A DNA stretch of 64,000 nt. Origin: Zoogloeaceae bacterium (GTDB lineage: Bacteria > Pseudomonadota > Gammaproteobacteria > Burkholderiales > Rhodocyclaceae). This document shows positions 33,476 through 44,042 of the stretch, in pieces. The stretch is from positions 547,256 through 611,255 of the forward strand of contig JACKLZ010000001.1 of assembly GCA_024235675.1 (NCBI GenBank), read 5' to 3'. A program made the translations under genes and the position numbers. Within the stretch, counting starts at the first letter, position 1. Each line of letters begins with the position of its first letter. The notes below the pieces were generated by a model. That model saw only the letters and a list, made by a program, of their open reading frames with translations, was not told the DNA's origin and searched no databases.

Positions 33476-34029
33476 CGGGAAGTCTCCGTTGGACGGCGTG
33501 CCGGCGCGGGCAAGCTGCGCTCGATCGCGGTCAGGGCGTCCAGTTTCTGTTGCAGGTTAGCCACCGCTTCGCGACCGGATTGCTGTTCAGCCAGCAAGGC
33601 TTCGTTCTGCGCCATCAATCGGGCACGGGTGGCCAGCTGAACATGCACGATTCGCGCCAGCGGATGGAGGCTGGCCGCATCGGGGCTGCGATTGACCAGC
33701 AGTTTGTCGAGCAGTGACAAGCCCCGCGCCAGATCGGCGTCGGCTCGCGGCTGCGCATGCAACAGCGCCAGTCGCATCTGGCTCATCGGGTCGCTGCCAC
33801 CCTGCCCTTCGATGGCTTTCAGTTCCTTGGCAAAACCGGCGGCGTCCAGCTCGGCGACATGGCGGCCATAGGCAAGGATGGCGCGCGGCGTAACGTCATC
33901 GTGGCGGACTGTCGTCTTGAGCGGCTCATCGGAAGGCAGGGTGCCGGCAATGGGAAATTGCGCGCAACCGGCCAGCAGGCCCAGGGCGAATGCCGGTGCG
34001 CTCAGGCGGCGGAGTCGGAAGTTCATCAA
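33472..34029 (-). CDS. QseG/YfhG-like helical outer-membrane lipoprotein
   Basis: Lipobox LLAGC, C-terminal coiled coil LQQKLDALTAIERSL, and position between kinase and regulator with an ATGA overlap. Confidence 0.8.
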   Translation of the reverse strand: MMNFRLRRLSAPAFALGLLAGCAQFPIAGTLPSDEPLKTTVRHDDVTPRAILAYGRHVAELDAAGFAKELKAIEGQGGSDPMSQMRLALLHAQPRADADLARGLSLLDKLLVNRSPDAASLHPLARIVHVQLATRARLMAQNEALLAEQQSGREAVANLQQKLDALTAIERSLPAPARRPTETSR

Positions 34030-34037
34030 TAAGAGTC

Positions 34038-35444
34038 TCAGCTATCGAGTGGGAGTTCGATTCGAAAATGCGCGCCGCGTTCGCCGGAGAGCAATATGAC
34101 GCGGCCACCGTGAGCCTGGACATACTCGCGCACGATAGACAGACCGACGCCACTTCCCCGGCGTGGCGTCGCGCCTTGGCGACGCCCCTGAAAGAAGGGG
34201 TCGAAAATACGCGGGACGTCATCTTCGGCAATACCCGGGCCGGTGTCGATGCAGTCGATATGAAGGTGATCCGCGCTGCGAGCGGCGCGCAGACTCACCA
34301 CGGACCCGGACGTACTGAAGGAAATCGCGTTGGCCAAGAGATTGCCAACCGCCACACCGAGTTTGACCGTGTCGCCTTCGACCGAGATTGGCTCGGCAAC
34401 AAGCTCAATCCTGACGTCGCGGGACTGGGCTTGCAGCTGCTGCCCCTCCGCCACTTGAGTCAGCAGGGATTTGACCTCAACCAAACTGCGCTGCAGGCGC
34501 CGTGCGTCGAACACCGCGGCGTTGAAGTCGAGCAAATCTTCGATCCGGCCTTGAAGCAAATGCGCGTTGTCACGAAGAATGTCGACGACTTCGCGCTGTC
34601 CGCCGGCGAGCGGCCCGGTGACTTCGTCGTCGAGCAGCGCGATGCCCTCGCGCAGTGCCGCCAGCGGTGTTTTGAGCTCATGAGAGACATGGCGAAGCAT
34701 ACGCGCCCGGTCCGCCTCCAGTTCTCCCAGGCGCTGGCGCAGCCAGTCCAGACGTTGGCCGACCTGGCGCAAGTCGGCGGGGCCTTCGATATCGACCGGG
34801 ATGTCGAGCAGGTTGTCGCCCAGGCGAGCAATGCCCTCCTCAATCTGCTTGACCGGTCGCGCCAGCTGCCAGCCAAAAAAGGCGGCCAAGGCGAATGCGA
34901 CCAGCAGCGCGAGCAGAACCTGCCACGCCAGGCGGAGCCGGTTTGCCTCAAGCGTGTCCAGCAAGCGCGCATTGCGTACGGCAATCCATTGGCGCGCTTC
35001 GACGGTCAAGCGCTCGTTGATCAGATGCAGACGGTCCAGCGCGTCGCGCAAGGCGGGCTCATCGGGCAGATCCGCGATCGCCGCTTCGGCCTGGTCGGCC
35101 GCAGCACGCCATGTATCCGCTACACCACCCAGGGTGGACGGCTCGGCGCGAGAAAAGCTCGCCAGTGCCGTTTCGGCATCGGTACGAGCTTCACCAAAGC
35201 GTTTGCGAAGTGCCGGGTCATTCAGCACCACGAACTGCCGTGCGCTGCGTTCCATGTCGACGGTACGTTGCGCCAACTGCTGGGCAGCCGAGGTCAGTCC
35301 CAGTGCAGTATCCGCACCGGCACGACTGTGTTGCGCAAAGGATTCAAGCACCCGCAAACCCTGCAAGGCGGCCGCACTCAGCACCATCGCGATGAGCACA
35401 AAGCCGGCGAGCAGCATTTGCCGGAATGACATTCGGGAAAACAT
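34038..35444 (-). CDS. glrK: Sensor histidine kinase GlrK/QseE
   Basis: Two TM segments, HAMP domain, H-box VSHELKTPL, N-box NLLANA and G-boxes DTGPG and GSGVGL; start MFSRMSFRQ. Confidence 0.9.
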   Translation of the reverse strand: MFSRMSFRQMLLAGFVLIAMVLSAAALQGLRVLESFAQHSRAGADTALGLTSAAQQLAQRTVDMERSARQFVVLNDPALRKRFGEARTDAETALASFSRAEPSTLGGVADTWRAAADQAEAAIADLPDEPALRDALDRLHLINERLTVEARQWIAVRNARLLDTLEANRLRLAWQVLLALLVAFALAAFFGWQLARPVKQIEEGIARLGDNLLDIPVDIEGPADLRQVGQRLDWLRQRLGELEADRARMLRHVSHELKTPLAALREGIALLDDEVTGPLAGGQREVVDILRDNAHLLQGRIEDLLDFNAAVFDARRLQRSLVEVKSLLTQVAEGQQLQAQSRDVRIELVAEPISVEGDTVKLGVAVGNLLANAISFSTSGSVVSLRAARSADHLHIDCIDTGPGIAEDDVPRIFDPFFQGRRQGATPRRGSGVGLSIVREYVQAHGGRVILLSGERGAHFRIELPLDS

Positions 35445-35470
35445 GGAACCGCCCACGACATGGGTGACAG

Positions 35471-35488
35471 TGTCGACTGTAGGCGACA
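35471..35488. promoter_or_regulatory. GlrR-type site, perfect consensus
   Basis: TGTC-GACTGTAGGC-GACA, 27 bp upstream of the glrK ATG. Confidence 0.7.
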
Positions 35489-35564
35489 GGTCGATCCGAT
35501 GCGGTAAGCAAATGCAAATGGGGGCGTATGACAATGCATTTGCCCATTGCCACCACACCATGCG

Positions 35565-35582
35565 CGTCGCCAAATGGCGACA
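35565..35582. promoter_or_regulatory. GlrR-type site (one mismatch, extended palindrome)
   Basis: CGTC-GCCAAATGGC-GACA (GTCGCCA-aa-TGGCGAC). Confidence 0.65.
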
Positions 35583-35631
35583 TTAAAAGTAGTTTTATAA
35601 ACAGCAACTTAAGAAATGTTACCAAAAGCTG

Positions 35632-35649
35632 TGTCGGTTATTGGCGACA
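35632..35649. promoter_or_regulatory. GlrR-type site, perfect consensus
   Basis: TGTC-GGTTATTGGC-GACA, 67 bp from the site at 35565. Confidence 0.72.
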
Positions 35650-35725
35650 GGTGCTACACAAGCCAGGCCATCGGGTGCATTGTCTACCGGCGCTAAGCCA
35701 CGATGATTCAATGACTTCCAGTGCG

Positions 35726-35741
35726 TGGCATGCCACTTGCA
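35726..35741 (+). promoter_or_regulatory. Sigma-54 (-24/-12) promoter of the bactofilin gene
   Basis: TGGCATGCCACTTGCA is a near-consensus GG-N10-GC, 55 bp upstream of the ATG. Confidence 0.82.
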
Positions 35742-35795
35742 AGAGTCGGGCCAAGCGGGTGCCGTGCCCGCAGCCGCGATTGTCAAGGAGATGAG

Positions 35796-36419
35796 ATGTT
35801 CAATAAACCCGGACTGTTCCCCAAGCGTGGAGCCCCTGAGCCCACGCCCGCCCCCTTCAACTCATCCACGCCGACGAATTCGACGTCGGCGTCTAACCGA
35901 CCGTCCCCCAGACCCGGAACATTTGGAGCCCATATGCGTAGCCCGACCGACACCGCGACCGACACCGCTACCCAGGCAACAGCTGAAGCCGCTGAACCGC
36001 GTGCAGACGCAACAGAAAACGGCGGTAGCCGCCTGATTGTCGGACCCGACGTCAAACTCAAGGGGGCCGAGATTCTCGATTGCGACACCCTGGTGGTTGA
36101 AGGCCGGGTCGAAGCGACCATGGACAGCCGTGTGATCCGTATTGCGGAGCAAGGTGCGTTCTCCGGAAAAGTCGGTATCGATGTCGCCGAAATCCACGGC
36201 AAATTCGATGGTGAACTCACTGCGCGCAAGCAGTTGATCATCCATGCCACTGGCCGGGTCAGTGGAAAGATCCGCTACGGCAAGATCTTGATTGAGGAAG
36301 GTGGCGAAGTATCCGGCGACGTGCAATCGCTCAACTCGGTTCAGGCCGGTCGTGGCGACTACGACAAGCAGTCCGGCAAGGACGACAAGGTCAAGTCGCT
36401 GGTGGCCTCTTCGAACTGA
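35796..36419 (+). CDS. Bactofilin (polymer-forming cytoskeletal protein)
   Basis: AAGGAG RBS; disordered N-terminus followed by the beta-helix LIVGPDVKLKG / LVVEGRVE / AEIHGKFDGEL / GRVSGKIRYGKILIEEGGEVSG. Confidence 0.92.
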   Translation: MFNKPGLFPKRGAPEPTPAPFNSSTPTNSTSASNRPSPRPGTFGAHMRSPTDTATDTATQATAEAAEPRADATENGGSRLIVGPDVKLKGAEILDCDTLVVEGRVEATMDSRVIRIAEQGAFSGKVGIDVAEIHGKFDGELTARKQLIIHATGRVSGKIRYGKILIEEGGEVSGDVQSLNSVQAGRGDYDKQSGKDDKVKSLVASSN

Positions 36420-36440
36420 CGGCACCGAACGCGCTGTTCG

Positions 36441-36481
36441 TGTCGCAAAAACGGGTGCCGGTGGCACCCGTTTTTGCGACA
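36441..36481. terminator. 19-bp perfect inverted repeat after bactofilin
   Basis: TGTCGCAAAAACGGGTGCC-ggt-GGCACCCGTTTTTGCGACA. Confidence 0.75.
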
Positions 36482-36524
36482 ATCCGTCCTTATGGAAGAT
36501 ATTCCGTTTCCGGAGAGCCCGTTC

Positions 36525-36983
36525 ATGCGCCCTATTCTCGCTGCCGCCGTCGTGATTGCAGCCAGCTCTTTTTTTGTTGTCTCCCCTGCCCTTGCCGATC
36601 AGCACGCCCCGTCGGTGACATCGGCCAAAATCGCCACCCCGTGGTCAAGCGATGCGCCACTTCGCGCTGCGGTCGATGAGATGGCGCAAATGCTGCGTGC
36701 CGTCGGCCACGACTTGCAGCAAAACCAGCGCACCGAAGCGCAATACGATGCCCTGGCAGAGTGGATGCTCAAGCGGCTGGCTGCGTTTCCGACCACACAT
36801 GCCGACCGCAACGCCGCCATCGCGCTCTCCGAGATCAAGAAAGATCTGAGCGATGGCGCCGACATCATGACCCACGCCACTCACCTGCCCGCCCGCCGGC
36901 TGGGCTACATGATGGCGGTGCAAGCGCTTAACCGTTACGGAAAAAGCTTCGAGCATCCTGACTGGACGCCGATTCCTCTGTAA
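36525..36983 (+). CDS. Exported helical-bundle protein (DnrO-like)
   Basis: GGAG RBS, signal peptide and W.SDAPLR..V..M pattern; the family call is by resemblance only. Confidence 0.55.
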   Translation: MRPILAAAVVIAASSFFVVSPALADQHAPSVTSAKIATPWSSDAPLRAAVDEMAQMLRAVGHDLQQNQRTEAQYDALAEWMLKRLAAFPTTHADRNAAIALSEIKKDLSDGADIMTHATHLPARRLGYMMAVQALNRYGKSFEHPDWTPIPL

Positions 36984-36986
36984 GCC

Positions 36987-38231
36987 TCAGTGCAAGCGCG
37001 GCGGGGGGAGCGGATGCGCCGGTTGGCGACCGGCGATGAGATCGGCCAGGATTTGCGCCGTTCCGGTGGCCGTGGTCCAGCCCATTGCGCCATGGCCGGT
37101 GTTCAGCCATAGATTGCGCGGGCCGGCCTGCCCGACCAGCGGCGGGCCTTCCGGCGTCATTGGCCGCAGGCCTGACCACGGGCTTGGCTGGCCAAAATCG
37201 GCACCATTCGGGAACAAGGCTTCGGCACGCGCCACCAGCATGGCCACATCCTTGTCCAGCAGTCGGTTGGCGTAGCCTGAAAACTCGGCCGTAGTCGTCA
37301 TCCGAAGCACCGATCCGAGCCGTGACCAGGCCGTCAGCGTGCCATCGTCAACACCGGCCAGCGTCGGCGGCGTGTGCTCGGCGCCAATCGGAAAAGACAC
37401 CGAATTGCCGCGCACCGGATAGATCGGCAATCGCAGGCCGAGCGGCCGCGCCAGCATGGGCGAAAAGCTTCCGAGTGCCAGCACAAATGCGTCGGCCCGG
37501 TGCTCGCCGCGATCGGTCACAACCGCGTCAATCCGATCACCCCGCACGGCCCAGCGCTGCACCGTTTCGTTGAAGCAGAAGCGGACGCCATGCTGTGCAC
37601 ACCAGCGCGCCAGCTCGACAGTGAATTGATGGGCGTCGCCGCTGGCGTCGGTCGGGCAATGGACGGCACCGGCAATGCTGCGGGCGCGACTCGCCAAGGC
37701 CGGCTCAAGGCGCACCACATCCTCGGGTGAGAGCACATAGGCGTCGATGTGGGCCTCGCGCAGAAGATTGAGCGTTGAGATTGCCTGCGCCAGCGCGACA
37801 TCGGTGTCGTAGAGATAGATCAGCCCGCCGCGTGTATGGGCGAAGCCCACGCCGGTTTCATCGACGACGGTGTCCAGTTGCTGCTGTGCGTACACCGCCA
37901 GGCGCATGAGCTGGAGCGAGTTGCGCGCCCAGGCATCCGTTTGGCAGTTGCGCACAAAACGCCAGCCCCAGCGCATCAGCGACGGGTCAAATCGTGGCTT
38001 GATCCGCAAGGCCTGCTGGCGGTCAAAAAGCGACTTGAGCAGCGCCAGAGGCGCGCCAGGTGAGGCCCAGCTGAACGCATGCCCCGGGGAAATCAGCCCG
38101 GCATTGGCAAAACTGGTTTCCTGCGCGGCGGCTGACGCGCGATCAATCACCGTGACGGCGTGCCCTTCACGGGCCAGTGCATGGGCGGCGGTGACGCCGG
38201 CCAGACCGGCGCCGAGTACACAAATTTGCAT
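36987..38231 (-). CDS. dadA: D-amino acid dehydrogenase (FAD-dependent)
   Basis: MQICVLGAGLAG, ETSFANAG, PIYPVRGNS, WSGLRPMTP and NTGHGAMGWT motifs. Confidence 0.88.
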   Translation of the reverse strand: MQICVLGAGLAGVTAAHALAREGHAVTVIDRASAAAQETSFANAGLISPGHAFSWASPGAPLALLKSLFDRQQALRIKPRFDPSLMRWGWRFVRNCQTDAWARNSLQLMRLAVYAQQQLDTVVDETGVGFAHTRGGLIYLYDTDVALAQAISTLNLLREAHIDAYVLSPEDVVRLEPALASRARSIAGAVHCPTDASGDAHQFTVELARWCAQHGVRFCFNETVQRWAVRGDRIDAVVTDRGEHRADAFVLALGSFSPMLARPLGLRLPIYPVRGNSVSFPIGAEHTPPTLAGVDDGTLTAWSRLGSVLRMTTTAEFSGYANRLLDKDVAMLVARAEALFPNGADFGQPSPWSGLRPMTPEGPPLVGQAGPRNLWLNTGHGAMGWTTATGTAQILADLIAGRQPAHPLPPPRLH

Positions 38232-38337
38232 GCTTTTTACTCTTGCCAGCCCAAAGCGGAGTGCGCGCGGGCATACGGGCGGACGCTGCTTCGGGTAAAG
38301 TTTCGGTTTTCCCGATCGTAACCCGACAGCAGACCCA

Positions 38338-40002
<1,665 letters not shown>

Positions 40003-40071
40003 TCCGCCATGTTGCTCGGCGGGGGCTGTGCGCGGCACGCCCCCGCCGTCCGATTCAAAAGGGTTTCCGCG

Positions 40072-40554
40072 ATGATTCAATCACTTCAGGCATTTTTCAG
40101 TACGCTCACCCAGCCGTCGGCCAACGCCGAGGCGTCGCCGCCATCGCTCCAGCTGGCGACCGCTGCCTTGCTGGTAGAGATGATGCTTGCCGACAATGAA
40201 AGCTCCCCGGCCGAGATGGCGCATTTGCGCACTGTGCTGGCGACGGAATTTCAGCTCGACACCGATGAAGTTGACCGCTTGCTTGAGGCCGCGACGGCGG
40301 AGTCACGCGAGGCACCCGGCTTTCATCCGTTTACGTCCCGCCTGAATCAGGAACTGGATGCGGCACAAAAGCTGCGCGTGGTCGAATACCTGTGGGCCAT
40401 TGCCTTGGCCGATGGGCATGTTTGCGCGCATGAGAGCCACTTGATGCGCAAGCTGGGAGATTTGTTGTACATCTCGCGCGGCGACTTCGTTGCCGCCAAG
40501 GCCCGGGCGCAAGCCGCGCTCGGACACACCAATCCTGGCTCAGTTCAGGGCTGA
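40072..40554 (+). CDS. TerB-family protein
   Basis: LATAALLVEMM.AD...S..E, LWAIALADG....E..LMRK...LL pattern. Confidence 0.85.
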   Translation: MIQSLQAFFSTLTQPSANAEASPPSLQLATAALLVEMMLADNESSPAEMAHLRTVLATEFQLDTDEVDRLLEAATAESREAPGFHPFTSRLNQELDAAQKLRVVEYLWAIALADGHVCAHESHLMRKLGDLLYISRGDFVAAKARAQAALGHTNPGSVQG

Positions 40555-42987
40555 GTTTGCCGGCCCGCGTGCGGCATTGAGCCTGTCTGCCGATCCAGTC
40601 GTGACCGGCTCCGGCGCGCCAAGATAAAAGCCCTGCCCGCGCGTAATACCCACCTGGCTGACCCAGGAGAGCGTCGCCTCATCCTCGATCCACTCTGCCA
40701 CGGTCTCAATGCCGTGGCTGCGGGCGACCTGCACCACCGCCCGCACAATTTCCTGCGCACGCTTGTCCAGCGCCACACCACGTACATAATCACCGTCGAG
40801 CTTGACGATATCCACTGGCAGATCGCGCAAGGTGGCGAAGCTGGCCACCCCGCTACCCAGATCGTCCAGGGCAATGCAGAATCCGGCCCGGCGTAGCGCC
40901 TGCATCAAGGTCAGCACGTCGGTCGGGTCGACCGCGGCAGCGGTTTCGGTCAATTCGATGCAAATCTGGTGTGGGTGTACGTCGGCTTGCTCAAAGCAGT
41001 CGGTGATCCAGGCGGCCAGTCCCGGGTCCGAAGCCGATCGGCCGGAGAGATTGATCGACACATAGCGCCCCCCGTTGAGCACCGCGGAGAAATTCCGAGC
41101 GACGTGCGACACGATGTGCCGGTCGAGCGCGCAGATCAGATCGAAACGCTCTGCCGGCGGGATGAACTCGGCCGGCAACACCAGTGCGCCGTTGTCGTCG
41201 CGCATTCTCACAAGCACTTCGTAACCTTTGGCGCGGCTGTCCTGGAGGTCGATAATCGGCTGGCGCCACAATTCGATGCGGTCTTCATCTATGGCCCGTT
41301 CGATGCGATGCGCCCAATGCACATCGCTTGAGCGCGCCATGGCGTGCGGGCTGCGCTCGAAGGCAACGACCCGGTTTTTTCCGCCGCGTTTGGCGCTATA
41401 CATGGCCGCATCGGCATCGGCGCGTGCCCGCTGCAAAGAGTCGTGATCGTGGTAAGCACAAATACCGATCGAACAACTCACACGGTAGGCCTCACCACGC
41501 TCGTCGAGATAGGCGTATTGCTCGACGTCCGTTCGAATGGCCTCCGCAATTTTCAAGGCAACATTCTCGGGGCACTGTGGCAGCGCCACAAAAAACTCGT
41601 CGCCACCGATCCGTGCAGGCACGTCCAGACGCCGGATGTGCTTGCGAATAATGGTTGCAATGGCGCGGAGCACCTGGTCGCCCGCCGCGTGACCACAGTT
41701 ATCGTTAATGACCTTGAAGCGGTCAAGGTCGAGACAGATGAGTTGGCCGGATGTTTCCACCGGACTCATCCGCCGTTCGAACCCGACCCGGTTGTGCAAG
41801 CCGGTCAGCGCATCATGCGTCGCCTCCCATTCGGCGCGGCGCATGGTCTCAACCTCATGGCTGACGTCACGCAGGACCATCACGATCGTGCCCGCAGCCA
41901 CATCGCTATCGGCTGCGACCCCCAATCGTGCGCAGGAGCCCTTGATCATGACGACACCACCGCGATGTGGCAGCGCACAGGCAACCGGCTCGATTCGCCG
42001 GGTATCGCCGGGTCGTGACAGGGATGCCCAGGGCACGATTTCGCCATCATTCGCACTCACCTGAATCAAGTCGCGGACATCGGCGCCGGCGATCGAGTCA
42101 GGGCGCAAACCCAGCAAGGTCGCAGCGGCCGAATTACTTTGGCACACCCGAAAATCGTCGTCGATGACGAGAACGGCGTCCGACATCGCGCGCACCACCT
42201 CGGCGTACAGGCGGTCGCGCTGTTGCGCGGCGCGCATGGCATCGGCGGCGCGAAGAATGTTTCCGATCCAGTTCCCCACCATATTTGCCATGCGCTCGAT
42301 GGCATCGCGCCGCGAGACATCCAGCGGGTACAGCACGAGCGCGCGTGCGCACAGCGATTCGTTGGGTGCGTTCAGTGGATGCACCAGCGCATGCGTGCCG
42401 TCAGTGAGCGTGCTAACCGTTATCTCATCCAGGGAAGAGACCTCTGCCGAGGGGTGAGCCATCAAGGCGATGCCTTCGCCACAGTCCACGCCCTCTGCGC
42501 ACGCGCAATGGACCACCCGATACCCGGTCGAGGCGCGCTCCACAATCGATGCATGTGTCGCACCGCCTGAGCCGACAAGCAGCGCGAGGCAATCGCTGAT
42601 GCGTTGTTGTTGCGGGCGCGGGGCGGATACCACATCGGCGAAATCACTTCGCCAGCGCGCCAGCGCCTCCTCCTGCGTTTGCGTTCGGCCGACCGGGATG
42701 CCGGCGACGAATACGTTTTGCGCCGTGCCGGGCAGGACCAGCACGCTGCTGACTCGCGTGCGGTTGTGAGCGACTTCGACGTGGCCAAGCATGCCCGGAC
42801 GCCCTTCGCAACGGACGGTATCGATTGCGTGCCGGAGTTCTGGCGCATGGGGCCAGAGCACGCTGATATCAGCACACGTCGCGTGGATACGAAAAAAGTC
42901 GTCGCTACCATCGACCACCTCTCCCTGCTTCAACTCGCACCAGTATGGATGAAGGCAAGCGGTATCTCGGGAGGGTGTTACTTTCAA
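40540..42987 (-). CDS. PAS-GGDEF-EAL c-di-GMP enzyme with an uncharacterised N-terminus
   Basis: PAS domain, HDALTGLHNR, DLDRFKVIND, RxxD I-site (RRLD) plus GGDEF, and EAL motifs EVL, NLS, ELTE, DDLGSG, KLD and QGF. The start codon is uncertain. Confidence 0.9.
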   Translation of the reverse strand: MKVTPSRDTACLHPYWCELKQGEVVDGSDDFFRIHATCADISVLWPHAPELRHAIDTVRCEGRPGMLGHVEVAHNRTRVSSVLVLPGTAQNVFVAGIPVGRTQTQEEALARWRSDFADVVSAPRPQQQRISDCLALLVGSGGATHASIVERASTGYRVVHCACAEGVDCGEGIALMAHPSAEVSSLDEITVSTLTDGTHALVHPLNAPNESLCARALVLYPLDVSRRDAIERMANMVGNWIGNILRAADAMRAAQQRDRLYAEVVRAMSDAVLVIDDDFRVCQSNSAAATLLGLRPDSIAGADVRDLIQVSANDGEIVPWASLSRPGDTRRIEPVACALPHRGGVVMIKGSCARLGVAADSDVAAGTIVMVLRDVSHEVETMRRAEWEATHDALTGLHNRVGFERRMSPVETSGQLICLDLDRFKVINDNCGHAAGDQVLRAIATIIRKHIRRLDVPARIGGDEFFVALPQCPENVALKIAEAIRTDVEQYAYLDERGEAYRVSCSIGICAYHDHDSLQRARADADAAMYSAKRGGKNRVVAFERSPHAMARSSDVHWAHRIERAIDEDRIELWRQPIIDLQDSRAKGYEVLVRMRDDNGALVLPAEFIPPAERFDLICALDRHIVSHVARNFSAVLNGGRYVSINLSGRSASDPGLAAWITDCFEQADVHPHQICIELTETAAAVDPTDVLTLMQALRRAGFCIALDDLGSGVASFATLRDLPVDIVKLDGDYVRGVALDKRAQEIVRAVVQVARSHGIETVAEWIEDEATLSWVSQVGITRGQGFYLGAPEPVTTGSADRLNAARGPANSALN

Positions 42988-43358
42988 GGTGATTTACCTG
43001 TTCGGTTGTCGATCACATTCTGCTTGCAACACACCCGCCAGCCGCCGGTGTACCGAAGATGGAATGGCGCCAGCGAGATCTTTCGCGCGACATTCCAATT
43101 GCGTAGAGAAATGAAAGATGGGAATTTGGAACAAGCGTTCTAAAAGGTCAAGCCTGCTGTGTGAAATTTCTCCGAAAGGTCGGAAACGGCCGCTCACCGG
43201 GCATCGGCAGATGAGCAGTTCTGCGACTCAGCGGCCGAAACAAGGGCCGGCGGAGCGCCGTATTGCAAACATCACGGTCAATTTCACTCCAAGGCCTGTA
43301 AAGTTGGCCGCCGTTTTCCCGTTGATACATTGACCATGTACCCAGACCGGTTGTTCCG

Positions 43359-44042
43359 ATGACACGATCCAAAGCCCGCCTGCTTGTACAGTTCGAGTTT
43401 GATCTGGATGTGCCGGAGAAATTTGCGGCACTGGATTCTGCCGCCCTCCAGAAACAACTGACGCTGGCCTTGGGCGATACCGTGTTCACTGGAATGCGCA
43501 CTGTCAGCAGCAAGCAGCTGACCAAAGTCGGCATCCAGCTGCTTGCGCATCGTCATCGCGTCGAGGTGAGCATGCTCGACGCCCCAAGCATCGATCCTGT
43601 ACTTCTGGCCAGCATCGCGCCGCACCTGACGGATCAGGAGGTGCAGCATGTGTCGGTGCATGCTGCCGCCAAGGCACCCACCGGCGCAGACGCCTTGCGC
43701 GCCTACCTGCGACGCCACGCTCTCGCCGTGGCAAACGACTATCGCTTGATTCCTTGCTCGGTGCAGGCGGCGACGAGCGGCGGCGCGGTGGTCACGCTTG
43801 GCGCCAAGCTCAATCTTACGAACGGCGGCGTGCTCGTTGATGAGGTCCACCGCAAGACACGCCTCAAGTCCGACCAGTCGACCGTCAGCGTGAGCCTTGG
43901 TGACCCGAAAATCGTCTTGCCGGCAAAGCTGTCGGGACACACTCTGAGCGGTCCGGTGCTCGCGGTTGACGTCAGCCACATGGCGCCACATCGTGACGCC
44001 TTGCAAAGCGCCTGGGCAGCGACTCAATGTACATCCGGGTAA
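43359..44042 (+). CDS. Hypothetical protein (227 aa)
   Basis: Long ORF with plausible codon usage filling the gap between c-di-GMP genes; no motif recognised. Confidence 0.6.
   Translation: MTRSKARLLVQFEFDLDVPEKFAALDSAALQKQLTLALGDTVFTGMRTVSSKQLTKVGIQLLAHRHRVEVSMLDAPSIDPVLLASIAPHLTDQEVQHVSVHAAAKAPTGADALRAYLRRHALAVANDYRLIPCSVQAATSGGAVVTLGAKLNLTNGGVLVDEVHRKTRLKSDQSTVSVSLGDPKIVLPAKLSGHTLSGPVLAVDVSHMAPHRDALQSAWAATQCTSG

Noticed and set aside
36441-36481. TGTC...GACA-ended inverted repeat as another GlrR site
   Set aside because: The half-sites are 33 bp apart, not 10. Its position right after the bactofilin stop fits a terminator.
43161-43200. GAAA-tetraloop hairpin as a c-di-GMP-I riboswitch
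   Set aside because: It lacks the GGCAAA/GACGCAAA junction sequences and the tetraloop-receptor stem.
43208-43241. CAGATGAG...CGAAAC resembling a hammerhead ribozyme core
   Set aside because: The invariant CUGAUGA has a U-to-A change and stem II cannot form beyond the first pair.
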